Of a stretch of 64,000 nucleotides of DNA, positions 62,457 to 64,000 are shown one piece after another. The stretch lies in the NCBI GenBank assembly GCA_964016885.1, contig OZ024764.1, positions 4,774,001 to 4,838,000 on the forward strand, in the 5' to 3' direction. Source of the DNA: Eledone cirrhosa. Lineage: Eukaryota. Numbering within the stretch: position 1 is the first letter of the stretch; every line of letters begins with the position of its first letter. A program made the position numbers and the translations under genes. The notes under the pieces were generated by a model. That model saw nothing but the letters and a program-made list of their open reading frames with translations, searched no databases and was not told where the DNA came from.

Positions 62457-62542
62457 ATGTGTGGTGTGTGTATATATGTGTGTGTGTGTGTGTATATGTG
62501 ATATACAGACATGTATATAATGTGAAATGAAACTGGAAGGCC

Positions 62543-62574
<32 letters not shown>

Positions 62575-62631
62575 GTGTGTGTATATATTTGATATACAGA
62601 CATGTATATAATGTGAAATGAAACTGGAAGG

Positions 62632-62675
<44 letters not shown>

Positions 62676-62994
62676 GTGTGTGTATATATTTGATATACAG
62701 ACATGTATATAATGTGAAATGAAACTGGAAGGCCTATATATATATATATGTGTGTGGTGTGTGTATATATGTGATATACAGACATGTATATAATGTGAAA
62801 TGAAACAGGAAGGCCTATATATATATATATATATATGTGTGGTGTGTGTATATATGTGATATACAGACATGTATATAATGTGAAATGAAACTGGAAGGCC
62901 TATATATATATATATATGTGTGGTGTGTGTATATATGTGATATACAGACATGTATATAATGTGAAATGAAACAGGAAGGCCTATATATATATGT

Positions 62995-64000
62995 GTCCTC
63001 TCCTCCGTAGGATCAGCATAGAATTGGTCCCTGGCAGCTTTCAGGTGTTCTCTGGCTGCACACACTTTTGGGTTTGCAGAGCTGACGTGCTTCCCTTTGT
63101 TCTTTTTCCTCGGCACCAGGGTTTCACTTGCTTCCGCCACTGCATTGGCGAAGTGCCCGTACCTCCTCGTCACACTCTCCCCACTCCATCCAATCTCTCT
63201 CTCCTCTGACTCTCCACACAGAGCACTAAACCTGTTTCTCACTTCCACTGTGAACCTCTCCTGTAGCTTATCATCTTCCTTGAAAGCTCCCCAGTCATAG
63301 ATTGTTCTCCGGGACTGAGCCTTGCTCTTTCTTAAGCTCACGCGGACCTCACTCATAAAAAGCCGGTGGTCACTACCCAGTGTACTGAAATAGCTGTATG
63401 GTTCCGTGTTCAGAACACTATTCCGCCACTTTTTCCTCACCAGAATGAAATCAATCTGGGACTTGGACAGGTGCATATCTGAGATGTAGGTCCACATCTT
63501 CCCCAGATTCTTCCTAAACCTTAGGTTGGTCGCCATCAAGTTCGCCTCCAGCAGGGTGTCTCTCAGTAGTCTTCCATTTCGGTTGGTGTTGTTATGGAAG
63601 TACCAGCAAGGATCTTCACTGCCCTCCTTACTCAGATGTGCATTGAAGTCCCCCAAAACAAGCAGGATATTGTGTGCCTGAGTGGTGTTGACAGCTCTAC
63701 ACACCTCCTCATGGAACTCTTCCGCATTCACATCACTGTCCCCCTTGGTTGGACTATAGGCTGAGATGACTGTCAGTCTTGGGTTTCCATTGAAGGTCAC
63801 CCTCAACACTCGCGGGGAGACAGGCATTATTTCCCTCACCAACAGATTGGTTTTTGCACTGAACACAAAACCCACTCCTCCTACTGCAGCATTTGTTGTG
63901 TTCTTCACTGCCGATGTAGTGATGAGCTGGCTCTTCTTCCCGATCATCACACTCCTCACGGGCTCATCGTGTAGAATCCTGTGTTCTTGGATTGCAAGTA
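62995..64000 (-). mobile_element. RTE/RTEX-like family C endonuclease region, cut off at the satellite and running off the window
   Basis: LAIQEHRI (window edge), GGVGFV, ISAYSPT, LGDFNAH, SQIDFIL, LGSDHRL; similar to 17150-17995. Confidence 0.92.

Larger units (their letters stand above)
37205..62995. repeat. Large compound satellite: constant ~46-bp core plus variable (TA)n(TG)n tract, on the order of 150 units, interrupted by four RTE insertions
   Basis: Core TGTGATATACAGACATGTATATAATGTGAAATGAAACTGGAAGGCC followed by (TA)n(TG)nG(TG)nTATATA. Confidence 0.98.

Overview
Eukaryotic, AT-rich, repeat-saturated DNA. It is most likely from an octopod cephalopod; this is inferred from the [17 protein letters not shown]-type C2H2 array, RTE LINEs with (GAT)n tails and tRNA-derived SINEs. 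The only host gene-like sequence is a frameshifted C2H2 zinc-finger array of about 17 fingers (29.6-31.1 kb). The rest is about 12 mini/satellite arrays, a 1.1-kb interstitial TTAGGG-variant tract, SINEs, MITEs and non-LTR retrotransposon copies (two young RTE families A and B, an RTE/RTEX-like family C, and CR1-like, Tx1/L1-like, CRE-like and HERO-like fragments). Most interesting: (1) both RTE families carry a C4HC3 PHD-type finger inserted inside the reverse transcriptase and have repeatedly inserted into (TA)n tracts of satellites; (2) their UTRs and a derived SINE share a small H-type pseudoknot module with compensatory base changes, present in variable copy number; (3) one 4.56-kb TSD-bounded insertion carries 1.27 kb of extra 5' sequence; (4) several satellites can be traced to their source sequence in the same window, including one built from retrotransposon coding sequence. 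All calls are by eye; no searches were run and boundaries of degenerate elements are approximate.
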